Positions 9,163-19,390 of a stretch of 64,000 nt of DNA are shown here, piece after piece (position 1 is the stretch's first letter; every line of letters starts with the position of its first letter). This stretch comes from Ostreococcus lucimarinus. Lineage: Eukaryota. A model generated the notes under the pieces. The model worked only from the letters and a program-made list of their open reading frames with translations. It did no database searches and was not told where the DNA came from. The stretch is from NCBI GenBank assembly GCA_000092065.1, contig CP000586.1. One strand, given 5' to 3'. Made by a program: the position numbers and the translations under genes.

Positions 9163-12100
9163 TCACAGGGCGGTTCGGGCTTTATCTTGCGCGCGACGAA
9201 CGTTTGGTTCGGTCAAGTCTGCGGCGGAGACGTCGCGGAGGACTTCGCGGCACGCGTCGACGACGCGCTCGCGACTGCGCTCGTCGCCGACGAGCTTCTC
9301 CAGTTGGCCAGCCTCGAGGTGTGCCGCGCGACGCGCGGCGGCGAGGCAAACGCTCTCGGGTAAACCAGCGAGACGCGCGACGTTGACACCGTAGCTTCGC
9401 GGACAGTTGCCGCTCGCGAGGGTGTACAGAAAGGTGACCGTTTCGCGTCCGAGCGTCTCGACACCTGCTCCGCTCGGCGTCTCGACTCGACACGCCATGT
9501 GTGCCAACGCCACGTGAGGGTCGCGCGCGTGGTCGTCGGCGAGTCTATGGTAATGCGTGCTGAAGAGCGTACGGCAGCGCTTGTCGATGAGATGCGACGC
9601 AACCGCACACGCGATGGCTGTACCGTCCGCGGTGGCGGTTCCTCTGCCGAGTTCGTCGAGCGCGACTAGGGAATTCGTCGTCGCTCGACGAAGCATCGCT
9701 CCAGTTTCGCTGAGCTCGACCATGAATGTCGACTGCCCACCCGCTAAATTGTCTTTGGCGCCCATGCGCACAAAAACCGCATCCATAGCTGTCATCTCAA
9801 ACTTGGCCGCGGGAACGTCGGCGCCCACGTGCGCCATGATCGCGGCCAAGCAGACTTGCCTGAGGTACGTGGACTTGCCACCCATGTTCGGACCAGTGAT
9901 GAGACAGAAACCCGGATGTTTACCACCAAGCCTGGCGTCGTTCGGAACGAACGCGCGCGCGAGAGAAGACGCGCACGGGTGCGACAGGCCGACGGACTCA
10001 AGCGTCGCGGGCTCGCCGTCTCGCGGTTGCGGGTGCACCTTCGGGGTGCAAACTGCTCCACAAGAAGCGTACATTTCCTCGCTCACGACAGCCAAAGAGG
10101 CTAGAACATCTATGATTGCACCAACACTTGCCGCCGCTTGCCACTCCGAAGCGTTCTCGCAAAACTTTGCGACGATTCGACGGAACACGCCGGCGAGCGC
10201 GTCCTCGCGCGCTTCCTCCGCCGCAACTCGCTTCGCGCGCAAGGGTACCAAATCATCGCACGTGAACCGTTCGTATCCTTTGCGCTTACCTTCACGCACC
10301 CAATGATGAGGGACCTTGGACGCGAGGCGGTCAGGAACTTCGACAAGATGCGTATCTTTGTTTGCATTCACGAAACAAACCTCCGTTTTGTGACCACCGA
10401 GCTCGCCGCGCGCCTCTTCCAACCACGACGCCAGATCCGCGTCCGCTGCTGTAAGTTGCTCCTCGGCAGCGTCCAGATCGGCGTCGACGCCTTGCGCCGG
10501 CTCGATTCTCCCACTCGATTTGGCGGCGTTCCAATCGAACGCAGACTCCATTTCGTCCAGCGCGCTCAGATCCGGCATCGCGACGCCGCCGACTGCGGTG
10601 AACACGTCCTCGCGCGTCGCCGCGGCGTCGTTTACGATGCACAATGCGCGAAGCACGTCAGATTTCTCACATGCATCAACGCACGCCGCGATCGCTTTTG
10701 TAGCGTCGCGAACCGCACGAATACCCTCGAGCGCTGCGAGGAAATCGTTCAACTTTGCTCGCGCCGCATCTTCATACAAGACGACGTGCGAGGCGGATCG
10801 ACCTTTCTCGCCGCTCGATCCGACAACGCGCGAGATGGCGCGTTCCGCGTCTGGCGCGGCGCGCAAAAGCTTGCGCGCAATCCCTGTGGCCTCGATCCCG
10901 CATCCCCGCATCATAGAGACGGCGACTTGTCGAGCTCGAATAGCTGACGCGCTTGTCAAAGGGCGACACACCCAACGGCGCAACAAACGACGACCGGGCC
11001 CGCTCACACACCGATCGAGCGACGCCAAAAGCGTACCCGCGGAGCCACCTGCGGTATTCTCGAGCACCTCAAGCCCAGAAAGTGCAGCGGCATCCATGGC
11101 GACATGCGTAGAGTGTGCCCATCGCGCCAAGTGCTCCCGCGCGCCGGCGTCTGTTGTGTGCAGGGACTCTACTCGCCCTTGTGGCACTAAATCGGCGTCT
11201 ATCAGCGCGGCGCGTAAGTACGCAACGACCGTGCCCCACGCTCCGATACCGCATTCGCGAGCAGGATGGCATGCAGTGTCTCGCATTTCTTTAATGGCTT
11301 CTGGCAAACCAGTCTTAAGCGTCTTGAAGTATCCCTCCGCCTCGGCGTCCTCCAGCGCTTCGTTCGCACTCGTCGACTTAAACGTACGCTGCTGAGCGTG
11401 TGAGCACATATCCAAAACTGCCATCTTCGCTCGCGCGCTCAAGCCAGTGGGCGGAACTAAGATTTCAACCGGGCGCAGCTCCGCAAGTGCTGTGCGCAAA
11501 CAGCTTGCACCTTCGTCGTCGCGCCACGCACCGACGAGGAAACGACCCGTACCGCAGTCTGCAGCGCACAAACCGACCCAACCTTCGCCGTCCTCCTCTT
11601 CGCAGCCGTCTATTATAGAGCAAACGAAGGCAGCATCCGGCGAAGAGTTCAACATACCGGTGTCAACCATCGTACCTTTTGTCAACACTTGAACCATTTC
11701 GCGGCGAACCACAGTGTCCTTGCACGTCTTGTCTTTCTTTTTTCGCTCGGCAAGCTGCGCTGGTGTCTCTGTCTGTTCAATACACACGACGCGGTGACCG
11801 TTGCGAGCGAGCTGCTCGGCGTGCATCGCGTAATTCTTCTCTGGGAATCCAGCGTGCGGTTGCTCGCCGCGCATATACATCAATCCTAAGTCTCGCACAC
11901 CGATGTGCGCGTCCATTTCGAACATTTCATAAAACTTGCCCATCTTGAACAACAATACAGAATCGAAATTCGCCGCCTTGAACTTCCACCACTGCGCCTG
12001 CCCGGGGGAAACCGTCCACTGCACTCCGCTGGCGTCGCGCATTTTTGGAAACGTCGACGGCAACAGCAACGTGGACGGATCGTAGTCCGGATCGTCAGGA

Positions 12101-12837
12101 CGCCGACCATCGGCATCCTTAATCTTCTCCGGTTGCATAAATGGAAATTTCAACCGATCTCGCGCGTCGTATTGCTCCGGACCGACGCCTGCGAGAACGT
12201 CCTGCGCGTTCAAATCCTTTGCCTCTGTCGCCTTCGTCGGCGCCGACGTCGTATTCACCGTCGTCTTCTTTCGTCCATTCGTCGTCGACGTCGGCACCAC
12301 CTTCTTCACCGCCACTTTGGTCGTCTTCTTCTTCTTCACCGGCGTTGACTCGCTCTCTGAGAAATCGTCGTCGTCCTCCTCTTCCTCGTCTTCGCTCGAC
12401 GCCTCGCTCGAATCCGCCTCAAACGCTTCGTCGTCGTCGTCCTCTTCCTCCGCCTCCGCGTCGAAATCGCTCCCACCATCGTCATCGCTCGACTCGATCA
12501 CCATCGTTTTCGCTTTTTTCGCCACACGTCGTCTTCCGGCGACTTTCTCCGCGCTCGCGACGTTCGTCTCTGGCGGCGTCGACGCCGCGGCGACGTTTTC
12601 CTTCTCATCACCGCTCGTGGACGCGCGCGCGCGTTTCCCGCTCGCACTTTTCGCGTGCTCGCGTTCGGGCTCGCGTTCGGGTTCGGCGTCGACGACGGTC
12701 GCGTCCGCGGTCGTCGGCGCCGCCGTCGTCGTCGTCGTCGGCGCGTCGACGCTCTCGCGTTTTGGCGCGGGCGCGAAAAACGACGCGATCGAACGCTGTC
12801 CCGGCGGCGGCGCCGTCGGTTTTTGCGCGCTTCCCAT
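9163..12837 (-). CDS. MSH6: DNA mismatch repair protein MSH6 (MutS homolog), 1224 aa
   Basis: N-terminal PIP box QRSIASFF. A long acidic/basic disordered spacer follows. MutS domains are present, including the Walker A motif ITGPNMGGKSTYLRQV, the STFMVELSET motif and DELGRGT. ATG start. Confidence 0.9.
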   Translation of the reverse strand: MGSAQKPTAPPPGQRSIASFFAPAPKRESVDAPTTTTTAAPTTADATVVDAEPEREPEREHAKSASGKRARASTSGDEKENVAAASTPPETNVASAEKVAGRRRVAKKAKTMVIESSDDDGGSDFDAEAEEEDDDDEAFEADSSEASSEDEEEEDDDDFSESESTPVKKKKTTKVAVKKVVPTSTTNGRKKTTVNTTSAPTKATEAKDLNAQDVLAGVGPEQYDARDRLKFPFMQPEKIKDADGRRPDDPDYDPSTLLLPSTFPKMRDASGVQWTVSPGQAQWWKFKAANFDSVLLFKMGKFYEMFEMDAHIGVRDLGLMYMRGEQPHAGFPEKNYAMHAEQLARNGHRVVCIEQTETPAQLAERKKKDKTCKDTVVRREMVQVLTKGTMVDTGMLNSSPDAAFVCSIIDGCEEEDGEGWVGLCAADCGTGRFLVGAWRDDEGASCLRTALAELRPVEILVPPTGLSARAKMAVLDMCSHAQQRTFKSTSANEALEDAEAEGYFKTLKTGLPEAIKEMRDTACHPARECGIGAWGTVVAYLRAALIDADLVPQGRVESLHTTDAGAREHLARWAHSTHVAMDAAALSGLEVLENTAGGSAGTLLASLDRCVSGPGRRLLRRWVCRPLTSASAIRARQVAVSMMRGCGIEATGIARKLLRAAPDAERAISRVVGSSGEKGRSASHVVLYEDAARAKLNDFLAALEGIRAVRDATKAIAACVDACEKSDVLRALCIVNDAAATREDVFTAVGGVAMPDLSALDEMESAFDWNAAKSSGRIEPAQGVDADLDAAEEQLTAADADLASWLEEARGELGGHKTEVCFVNANKDTHLVEVPDRLASKVPHHWVREGKRKGYERFTCDDLVPLRAKRVAAEEAREDALAGVFRRIVAKFCENASEWQAAASVGAIIDVLASLAVVSEEMYASCGAVCTPKVHPQPRDGEPATLESVGLSHPCASSLARAFVPNDARLGGKHPGFCLITGPNMGGKSTYLRQVCLAAIMAHVGADVPAAKFEMTAMDAVFVRMGAKDNLAGGQSTFMVELSETGAMLRRATTNSLVALDELGRGTATADGTAIACAVASHLIDKRCRTLFSTHYHRLADDHARDPHVALAHMACRVETPSGAGVETLGRETVTFLYTLASGNCPRSYGVNVARLAGLPESVCLAAARRAAHLEAGQLEKLVGDERSRERVVDACREVLRDVSAADLTEPNVRRAQDKARTAL

Positions 12838-12933
12838 GGCGCGCGGCGCGCGAGGACGCTCGTTCGACGCGCGCGCGGTTCGCGGTGACCCGACGGCGCG
12901 ACGGGCGCGGTGTGCGGTCGGCGAATGTGGCGT

Positions 12934-12950
12934 TGGATTTGAAATCCAAC
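12934..12950. promoter_or_regulatory. perfect 8-1-8 palindrome TTGGATTTGAAATCCAA about 95 bp upstream of the MSH6 ATG (candidate cis-element)
   Basis: Read directly from the sequence. It lies in the 180-bp spacer between PDHB and MSH6. A similar AAAT(C/T)CAA core recurs twice as TCCAAATTTCA just upstream of PCNA (61885..61915). Confidence 0.3.
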
Positions 12951-13018
12951 CAGCGACAGCTCGAGCCTCGCATCGGGCGCGTTTTGATTAAAATACTACG
13001 TGGCCGCGAGCAGCGCGA

Positions 13019-14716
13019 TTAGTCGCGATAACACACGCGCGTGGCGACGCGAACGATGTCTTCCACCGTGGGGAGGGCCATCTTCTCGAGGTTCTCGGCG
13101 TAAGGCATCGGGATGTCGACGCCGGCGATGCGCTCGACGGGGGCGTCGAGGTAGTCGAAGGCGTCCTCGTTGACGACGGTGGCGATCTCCGCGCCGACGC
13201 CGCACTGCGGCCAGCCCTCTTCGACGACAACCATGCGGTTGGTTTTACGCACCGAAGCCGCGAGCGCGCCGCGGTCGAGCGGGCGGAGCGAGCGGAGGTT
13301 GATGACCTCCGCGTCGATGCCTTGCTCGCGAAGTTGTTCGGCGGCTTCGAGGCAGTAGCCGACCATCTTCGAAAACGCGACGAGGGTCACGTCCGCGCCG
13401 GGCTTCATCACGACCGCCTTACCGATCGGAAGGACGAATTCTTCGTCCATGGCTTCCTTGGGCAACGCAAACTCTTGACCGTACAAGAGTTCGTTCTCCA
13501 AAAACACCACGGGATCCGGGTCGCGAATCGCCGCCTTCATCAAACCGCGAGCGTCTTCGGCGTCGTACGGCGCGAGCACCTTCAAACCCGGAATAGACAT
13601 GTACCACGCGGCGAAGCACTGAGAGTGCTGCGCACCGACTCCCGCAGCCGCACCGTTCGGGCCGCGGAAAACGATCGGAGCGGAAATCGCCCCGGCGGAC
13701 ATGTACAACGTCTTTGCGGCGCTGTTGACGATGTGGTCGATGGCTTGCATGGAGAAGTTGAACGTCATAAACTCGACGATCGGTTTCAAACCCATGAAAG
13801 CGGCACCAACGCCAAGACCAGTGAACCCAGCCTCGGTGATGGGCGTGTCGCGCACGCGATCGGCGCCAAACTTTTGTAACAAGCCCTTCGTGATCTTGTA
13901 CGCGCCTTGGTAGTCGCCGACTTCTTCGCCCATGATGAACACCTTTTCATCGCGCGCCATCTCTTCGCTCAGCGCGCTGTTCAGCGCGTCGCGAACCGTC
14001 ATTCTCGGCGAGTCCGCGGGAAGTTGCTTAGCGACCGGCGCGGCGCGCGCGTCTGAGACGTCCTCCGTCCGCCCGCTCGCCCGCGAGTTTCGCAGCGGCA
14101 CGCCTTGCTCTTTAATAGATCGATAATCTGGACGTTCCAGCACCGCGCGCGCCGCGGTCGCCGTCTCTGTCGCCGTCTCTGTCGCCGTCGTCGTCTCCGC
14201 CGTCTCCTCGGCGACGTAATCCTTAAACGCCGCCACATCCTCCTCGTTTTCGCACATCACGCACACCGCCTTCCCCACCGGAATGTCGTCCGCGTCCCCG
14301 CTCGGCACCAAAATCTTCGCCAAGTACCCCTCCTCCATGGACTCCATCTCCATCACCGCCTTATCCGTCTGCACCTCCGCCAGAATGTCCCCGGTCGCCA
14401 CTCGATCGCCCTCCGCCTTTTTCCAGCTCGCGATCCCGCCGCGCGTCATCGTCGGCGACAGCGACGGAAACGGAATCACCTCGTGCGGCGGGTACGTCCC
14501 GCTCGCGTACGTTCGCGCCCATCCCGGCGCGCGCGCGCGTCTCCACGCCGCGCACCGTCGCGCCGCCGCCGCATCGCGCGTCGTCACCGCGCCGTCGTCG
14601 CCGCGTCGCGTCGCCGACGCCATCGCCATCGATCGCGCGCATCGCGCGTCTCGACTCACCGTCTCGCGACCTCGCCGCGCGGCCGCCGCGCACGCCTCGA
14701 GCGCCGCGCGCCGCAT
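13019..14716 (-). CDS. PDHB: pyruvate dehydrogenase E1 beta subunit with an N-terminal lipoyl (biotin/lipoyl attachment) domain and a mitochondrial-type presequence
   Basis: C-terminal ~330 aa are E1beta ([29 protein letters not shown]...[31 protein letters not shown]...). Upstream in the same frame is a canonical lipoyl domain: [51 protein letters not shown]. They are joined by an Ala/Thr/Glu-rich linker with no stops. Candidate ATGs are at 14716 and 14629. Upstream of these the ORF is R-rich junk. Confidence 0.8.
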   Translation of the reverse strand: MRRAALEACAAAARRGRETVSRDARCARSMAMASATRRGDDGAVTTRDAAAARRCAAWRRARAPGWARTYASGTYPPHEVIPFPSLSPTMTRGGIASWKKAEGDRVATGDILAEVQTDKAVMEMESMEEGYLAKILVPSGDADDIPVGKAVCVMCENEEDVAAFKDYVAEETAETTTATETATETATAARAVLERPDYRSIKEQGVPLRNSRASGRTEDVSDARAAPVAKQLPADSPRMTVRDALNSALSEEMARDEKVFIMGEEVGDYQGAYKITKGLLQKFGADRVRDTPITEAGFTGLGVGAAFMGLKPIVEFMTFNFSMQAIDHIVNSAAKTLYMSAGAISAPIVFRGPNGAAAGVGAQHSQCFAAWYMSIPGLKVLAPYDAEDARGLMKAAIRDPDPVVFLENELLYGQEFALPKEAMDEEFVLPIGKAVVMKPGADVTLVAFSKMVGYCLEAAEQLREQGIDAEVINLRSLRPLDRGALAASVRKTNRMVVVEEGWPQCGVGAEIATVVNEDAFDYLDAPVERIAGVDIPMPYAENLEKMALPTVEDIVRVATRVCYRD

Positions 14717-15335
14717 CTGCGAAACGCCGTCGCGCTTTCGCGTCGCGTCGTCGCGTCGTCGCGCGTCCGTGTGCGGTCGTCGCGATCGCGAATTCGACGA
14801 ACCCCCCCACACGCGGGTGTTTTCACGCCGGCGCGCCCGTCGCGTCGCCGCGCGCGCGACGACGCGACGCGCGATGCGCGACGACGGCCCGCGCGCCCTC
14901 GTCGAGGGCCTCGACGGCGCCGTCGCCCGCGCCGCGCGCGCGCTCGACGCGCACGCGCGCGGCGCGGCGGACGCGCAGGACGCGCTGTGCGCGCGCGTCG
15001 ATCGATGCGCGGACGCGCTCGAAGCGCTCGTCGACGCGATGCCGACGAGCGCGAGCGAGGCGCACGCGAAGCGACTGCGATCGCTGCGACAGCGCATCGA
15101 TGGACTGGGCGCGAGCGCGAGAGATCTGAGGGACAGGGCGCGCGCGCTGCACGACGACGCGCGCGCGAGCCGACGCGCGGATTCGAGCGCGCTCGCGGCG
15201 CGCGAGGGCGACGAGTTACCGCCGCGAGACGCGGTGTTTCGCGATGGGTGACGGCGCGCGCGCGCGATCGTTGTAATGGTGTACTGTATCGATGGCTAGG
15301 AGACGCGCGACGCGCGCGCGTCGAGAGACGCGCGA

Positions 15336-15747
15336 CTAAAACCGACCGACGCTCGGGCCCAAGCCGAGCTTGGCCTCCATGACGGCGTGCGCGTCCGAGC
15401 GCGGGCCTTCCGTGCGCATGTCCTCGGGATTGAGGTAATCCTCGAACCCGAATCGATCGATGTCGCCGGTGAGAATCTGTAACCCTAATCGTTTGCTCGG
15501 CACCGGTCCCGGGAGGCGCTCGACGTCGGTCAAAATCTGTCGCTCGGCGTCCAACTTGGCCGGGATCGCGCCTCCGTGCGCGCGCGCCATCGTCTCTAAC
15601 TTCTTCGCGTACTCCGCGCCGCTCGCGCGTTCCTCTTGCATCACCTGCACGGGGTGCTTCGCGGACGACGCGCCGACGTCGCGCGCGGCGGCGAGGCCGA
15701 GTCGGAGCGTGTCCACGGGTCTTCGCAAGAATTTGATCTCGTCATCC
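15336..15747 (-). CDS. POMP: proteasome maturation factor UMP1/POMP
   Basis: DRFGFEDYLNPEDMRTEGPRSDAHAVMEAKLGLGP matches the human POMP C-terminus TIGFEDILNDPSQSEVMGEPHLMVEYKLGLL. The ATG (MDDEIKFLRRP) is at 15747. Confidence 0.7.
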
Positions 15748-15981
15748 ATTTCGATCGTTCGGCGGTCGTCGAGGGCGCGGTTCGCGCGGGGAGGGCGCGG
15801 GGCGCGACGGGGCGTCGAGCGTCGGCGAGCGGCGCGCGAGGGCGGCGCGCGCGCGAGGCGGCTGGTTGTGCGGACGGCGCGCGAGGGGCGGGTCGGTTGG
15901 GTCGCGTCGCGAGGCGGAACGAGTCGCGAGGCGGCGGTTCGATTACAACACGGGTAATGTACGGCGCGAGCGCGCGCGCGA

Positions 15982-17526
15982 TCAGCGGGTGGGATCGGCG
16001 TCGTCGGCGTCGTCGGCGTCGTCGTCGGCGTCGGCGGCGGCGGCGGCGCGCGCTCTGTCCCGCCTGGCGGCGATGCGGAGCGCTTGGTGATAAATTTCGT
16101 CGTTGCGAGCGCCGAATTTGTGCAACTCGGCGCCATTGCGCCACGCCTCGACGCGAGCCATACGTCCTGCTTCATACTCTCCGAGATTTTTCTCAGCCTT
16201 GAGCCACTTGGCCCAATCGTCGGTGGTGCGCGCCGTCTTGTCTTTGCCGTACCACTCGGGAAGGTAGCCGCCGACGATGTGCGGCGCCTTCGGCGGACCG
16301 CCCTGCGCCATATAGCAGTTGACTCTATTCTTCCTTCCACCGATTGGACTCACTGAAGTGTCGCGGTCACCGCAAATGTGCAAAAGCAACCACGCGTCGA
16401 CCATGTTGGCACCGTTTTGTAGGATGATTTCATTGTTGATTTTCTCGGTAAATTTTGGACCGATGACGTACCCGGCCAAACCGCACCCAGCTTTGATGTG
16501 GTTTGCGGAGTACATGTACACCATTTCATCCTCCACGGGCCATTGCTTCACAAACTGCCCAGTCGGTTCGTCTCGAGCTTTGAGCAAAATCACGTCCGCG
16601 TTCGCCGGAGCGTTATCGATCACGCTTTGCAACGCGTACGGCTTCATGCGTATGCCACCCCAAAGCGCGTCGCTTTCAAAAATCACCGTCCACTTGTTCT
16701 TGAACTTTGAATGCAAACGCCACATGCGCATGTGCGAAAACAAACAACTGATGTGATGCGAAACCCCGTATAAAAACTTTGGCAAGACGCCGACACCGTC
16801 TTTGTTGGACTTGGCCGCAGACAACCCGCCGAACCACTTGTCTAAGTTCGCGTTCGGGCGAAGCTCTTTGAGTTCCTCCAACGCCTCTTCCGTGAGATCA
16901 AACGTTTTCGGCCACGCGTTAGCGTTCGTACCGTACTGAATCTGCACCAGCTTATCTGCTTGATCACGCGCCTCGTGCTCATGGCTGCCTGCGTTCTCAC
17001 CAAACGTTTTCACGAACTGGCGCTTCACGCCCTCCGCGCGCTTCACGTCGTACTTCAAGTCTTCGACGGCGATGACGTATATCGGCGTCTCGAGCTTCCG
17101 ACGCGTGCGGTTGCCACCGACCGCGAAATAGCGATCGGAAGAAAACGAAGGAAACGAGTTCTCGTACGAGTCTGCCTTCGCCGCTTCCAGGGCCGCGCCC
17201 TCGAGTCGCACTTGATCCATCTCCGCGAACGCCAGCGCTGGGGTGTTGACTTGCTCCAGCGGCAGGTTTGGCGTCCACACCGGCTTCCGTGCGCGACCGA
17301 GCGCGCCGCGACGCGCCACGACACTCGTCGTCAAGCTCGCGGCGGCAAAGAGCGCGCCGGCGAGCGCGAACGCGGCGATGGCGCGAGATCGTCGTCGCGC
17401 GGAAGCATCGCGTGATCCTTCCTCAAAGTATTCCGTCGCCGCGTCGCCGCTCACGCGCTGGCGTGGACGCGACGGATCGCGATCGATCAGCGTTCGCCGC
17501 TCATCGACGTTCGTTTCCAGCGCCAT
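15982..17526 (-). CDS. type II membrane glycosyltransferase, GT25-like (copy A of a tandem pair)
   Basis: Short cytosolic N-terminus, a single TM helix (AIAAFALAGALFAAASL), then a lumenal domain with GT25-like motifs: YVIAVEDL...; VSHHISCLFSHMRMW (compare IGCFLSH..W); WTVIFESDALW (compare ILEDD). ATG at 17526. Confidence 0.7.
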   Translation of the reverse strand: MALETNVDERRTLIDRDPSRPRQRVSGDAATEYFEEGSRDASARRRSRAIAAFALAGALFAAASLTTSVVARRGALGRARKPVWTPNLPLEQVNTPALAFAEMDQVRLEGAALEAAKADSYENSFPSFSSDRYFAVGGNRTRRKLETPIYVIAVEDLKYDVKRAEGVKRQFVKTFGENAGSHEHEARDQADKLVQIQYGTNANAWPKTFDLTEEALEELKELRPNANLDKWFGGLSAAKSNKDGVGVLPKFLYGVSHHISCLFSHMRMWRLHSKFKNKWTVIFESDALWGGIRMKPYALQSVIDNAPANADVILLKARDEPTGQFVKQWPVEDEMVYMYSANHIKAGCGLAGYVIGPKFTEKINNEIILQNGANMVDAWLLLHICGDRDTSVSPIGGRKNRVNCYMAQGGPPKAPHIVGGYLPEWYGKDKTARTTDDWAKWLKAEKNLGEYEAGRMARVEAWRNGAELHKFGARNDEIYHQALRIAARRDRARAAAAADADDDADDADDADPTR

Positions 17527-17637
17527 CGCGAGATCGTCGTCGCGCGATGGAAAGTGACGCGCGACGCTGGTTCGCGACTGGTGCTACTATACAGGGTGTT
17601 ACGATGGTTATATGCTATACAGGTGACTACGTGAATT

Positions 17638-19185
17638 CTAGTGTGTCGACGGGCTTGCCGCATCTGTCGCAGCCTCGCCCGCTGCTGCTCGGGCTTTCGC
17701 GCGCTTGGCTTGAAGCCGTAACGCTTGTCGAAGCATTTCGTCGTTGCGAGCGCCGAATTTGTGCAACTCGGCGCCATTGCGCCACGCCTCGACGCGCGCC
17801 ATGCGGCCCTTATTGTACTCCGCATCGTTCTTCTCAGCCTTGAGCCACTCGGCCCAATCGTCGGTGGTGCGCGCCGTCTTGTCTTTGCCGTACCACTCGG
17901 GAAGGTAGCCGCCGACGATGTGCGGCGCCTTCGGTGGACCGCCCTGCGCGTGATAACAGTTGAGCTTATTCTTTCGTCCGCCCTCACCACTCACCCTCGG
18001 GTCGCGCACGCTACAGATGTGATTGATCAACCATGCGTCGACCATATCTGCGCCGCCACTATAAATGATCTGTTTATACAGCTTCTCCGTAAACTTTGGA
18101 CCGACGATGTAACCCGCTAACCCGCACGCAGCCTGGACTCGATTCATAGAGTACATGTAGATCATTTCATCCTCCACCGGCCACTGCTTCACGAACTGCC
18201 CGGTCGGTTCGTCTCTGGTTTTGAGAAAGATCACGTCCGCATTCGCCGGAGCGTTATCGATCACGCTCTGTAATCCTTTTGGAGGAATGTGGAGGCCTGA
18301 CCACAAGCCGTCGCTTTCGAAAATCACCGTCCACTTGTTTTTCAATTTTTGATGCAACCGCCACATGCGCATGTGGGAAAATAAGCACCCGACGTGATGC
18401 GAGATGCCGCGTACCGCTCTCGGTAATAGACCATCGTGCAGTTTCGCTGCCGCTAAGTTGGCGAACCAAGACATGTGGTTCGTCGGGCGGAGCTCTTCGA
18501 GGCCTTCCAGCGCCTCCGTCGCGAGCTCAATGGTGTGCGGCCACGCGAGGGCGTTGACTCCGTCTTGAGTTTGCACCAACTTCTTCGCCTGTGCGGCAGC
18601 TTCGTGCGTCCGATTGATGTAGTTCGGACTCTCGCTAAACGATCGCACGATCGCCGCCTTTAACGAATCCGCCTTTGCCAAATCGGGTTTGGAGTCCGCC
18701 AAGGCGATGACGTACACGGGCGTCTCGAGCTTCCGACGCGTGCGGTTGCCACCGACCGTGAAATAGCGATCGGAAGAAAACGAAGGAAACGAGTTCTCGT
18801 ACGAGTCTGCCTTCGCCGCTTCCAGGGCCGCGCCCTCGAGTCGCACTTGATCCATCTCCGCGAACGCCAGCGCTGGGGTGTTGACTTGCTCCAGCGGCAG
18901 GTTTGGCGTCCACACCGGCAGATGCGCAGGTTTCGCCCCTAACCGAGCCCCTGGATGCACGTGCATCTTCTGCGTGTGCGTCAGCATGTCCACCGTGAGC
19001 CCGACGCAGGCGAGACACGCGCCGAGGAGCGTGAACACGCTCAAGGCGAAGAATCTCCTTCGCGCCCAAAGCTCGCGCGAATCCGCTTCAAAGTATTCCG
19101 TCGCCGCATCGTCGCTCACGCGCTGTGTCGGTCGCGCGATGAGCGTCTGTCGCTCACCGCCGCGCGCGCTCGCGGTGAGTGACAT
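17638..19185 (-). CDS. type II membrane glycosyltransferase, GT25-like (copy B, paralog of 15982..17526)
   Basis: Same architecture and motifs as copy A (ISHHVGCLFSHMRMW; WTVIFESDGLW). The ORF-track start at 19221 is a GTG. The first ATG (MSLTASARGGERQTLIARPTQRVSDDAATEYFE) is at 19185 and aligns with the copy A N-terminus. Confidence 0.7.
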   Translation of the reverse strand: MSLTASARGGERQTLIARPTQRVSDDAATEYFEADSRELWARRRFFALSVFTLLGACLACVGLTVDMLTHTQKMHVHPGARLGAKPAHLPVWTPNLPLEQVNTPALAFAEMDQVRLEGAALEAAKADSYENSFPSFSSDRYFTVGGNRTRRKLETPVYVIALADSKPDLAKADSLKAAIVRSFSESPNYINRTHEAAAQAKKLVQTQDGVNALAWPHTIELATEALEGLEELRPTNHMSWFANLAAAKLHDGLLPRAVRGISHHVGCLFSHMRMWRLHQKLKNKWTVIFESDGLWSGLHIPPKGLQSVIDNAPANADVIFLKTRDEPTGQFVKQWPVEDEMIYMYSMNRVQAACGLAGYIVGPKFTEKLYKQIIYSGGADMVDAWLINHICSVRDPRVSGEGGRKNKLNCYHAQGGPPKAPHIVGGYLPEWYGKDKTARTTDDWAEWLKAEKNDAEYNKGRMARVEAWRNGAELHKFGARNDEMLRQALRLQAKRAKARAAAGEAATDAASPSTH

Positions 19186-19390
19186 CGCGCGTTCGGCGAC
19201 GGCAAGTGCGGCCGTGATCACGCACGCGGGGTGTTACGAGTTCGCGCTCAAGCGCGGCGACGATGACGACGACGACGACGGGCGATTATGCGTGCGTGGC
19301 GATCATAAACGAGGTCAAAATAGTAATGAATGAGTTCTCTCATCAACTGCGTTGTTACAAATACATGGCGGTCGCGCGCTCGAGCGCGCC

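Larger units (their letters stand above)
15982..19221 (-). repeat. tandem duplication of the GT25-like glycosyltransferase gene (two head-to-tail copies), with near-identical gene-conversion tracts
   Basis: About 200 bp at 17090..17290 are ~99% identical to 18715..18915. Further identical blocks at the 3' ends: 16084..16145 vs 17725..17790, and 16195..16300 vs 17840..17945. The remaining coding sequence is clearly diverged. The promoter spacers share GGGTGTTACGA (17590 and 19230). Confidence 0.85.

Noticed and set aside
14105-15382. ORFs 14105..15382, 14283..15251 and 14823..15152 upstream of PDHB
   Set aside because: Their translations are low complexity. They overlap the PDHB presequence or promoter region. 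No conserved motifs.
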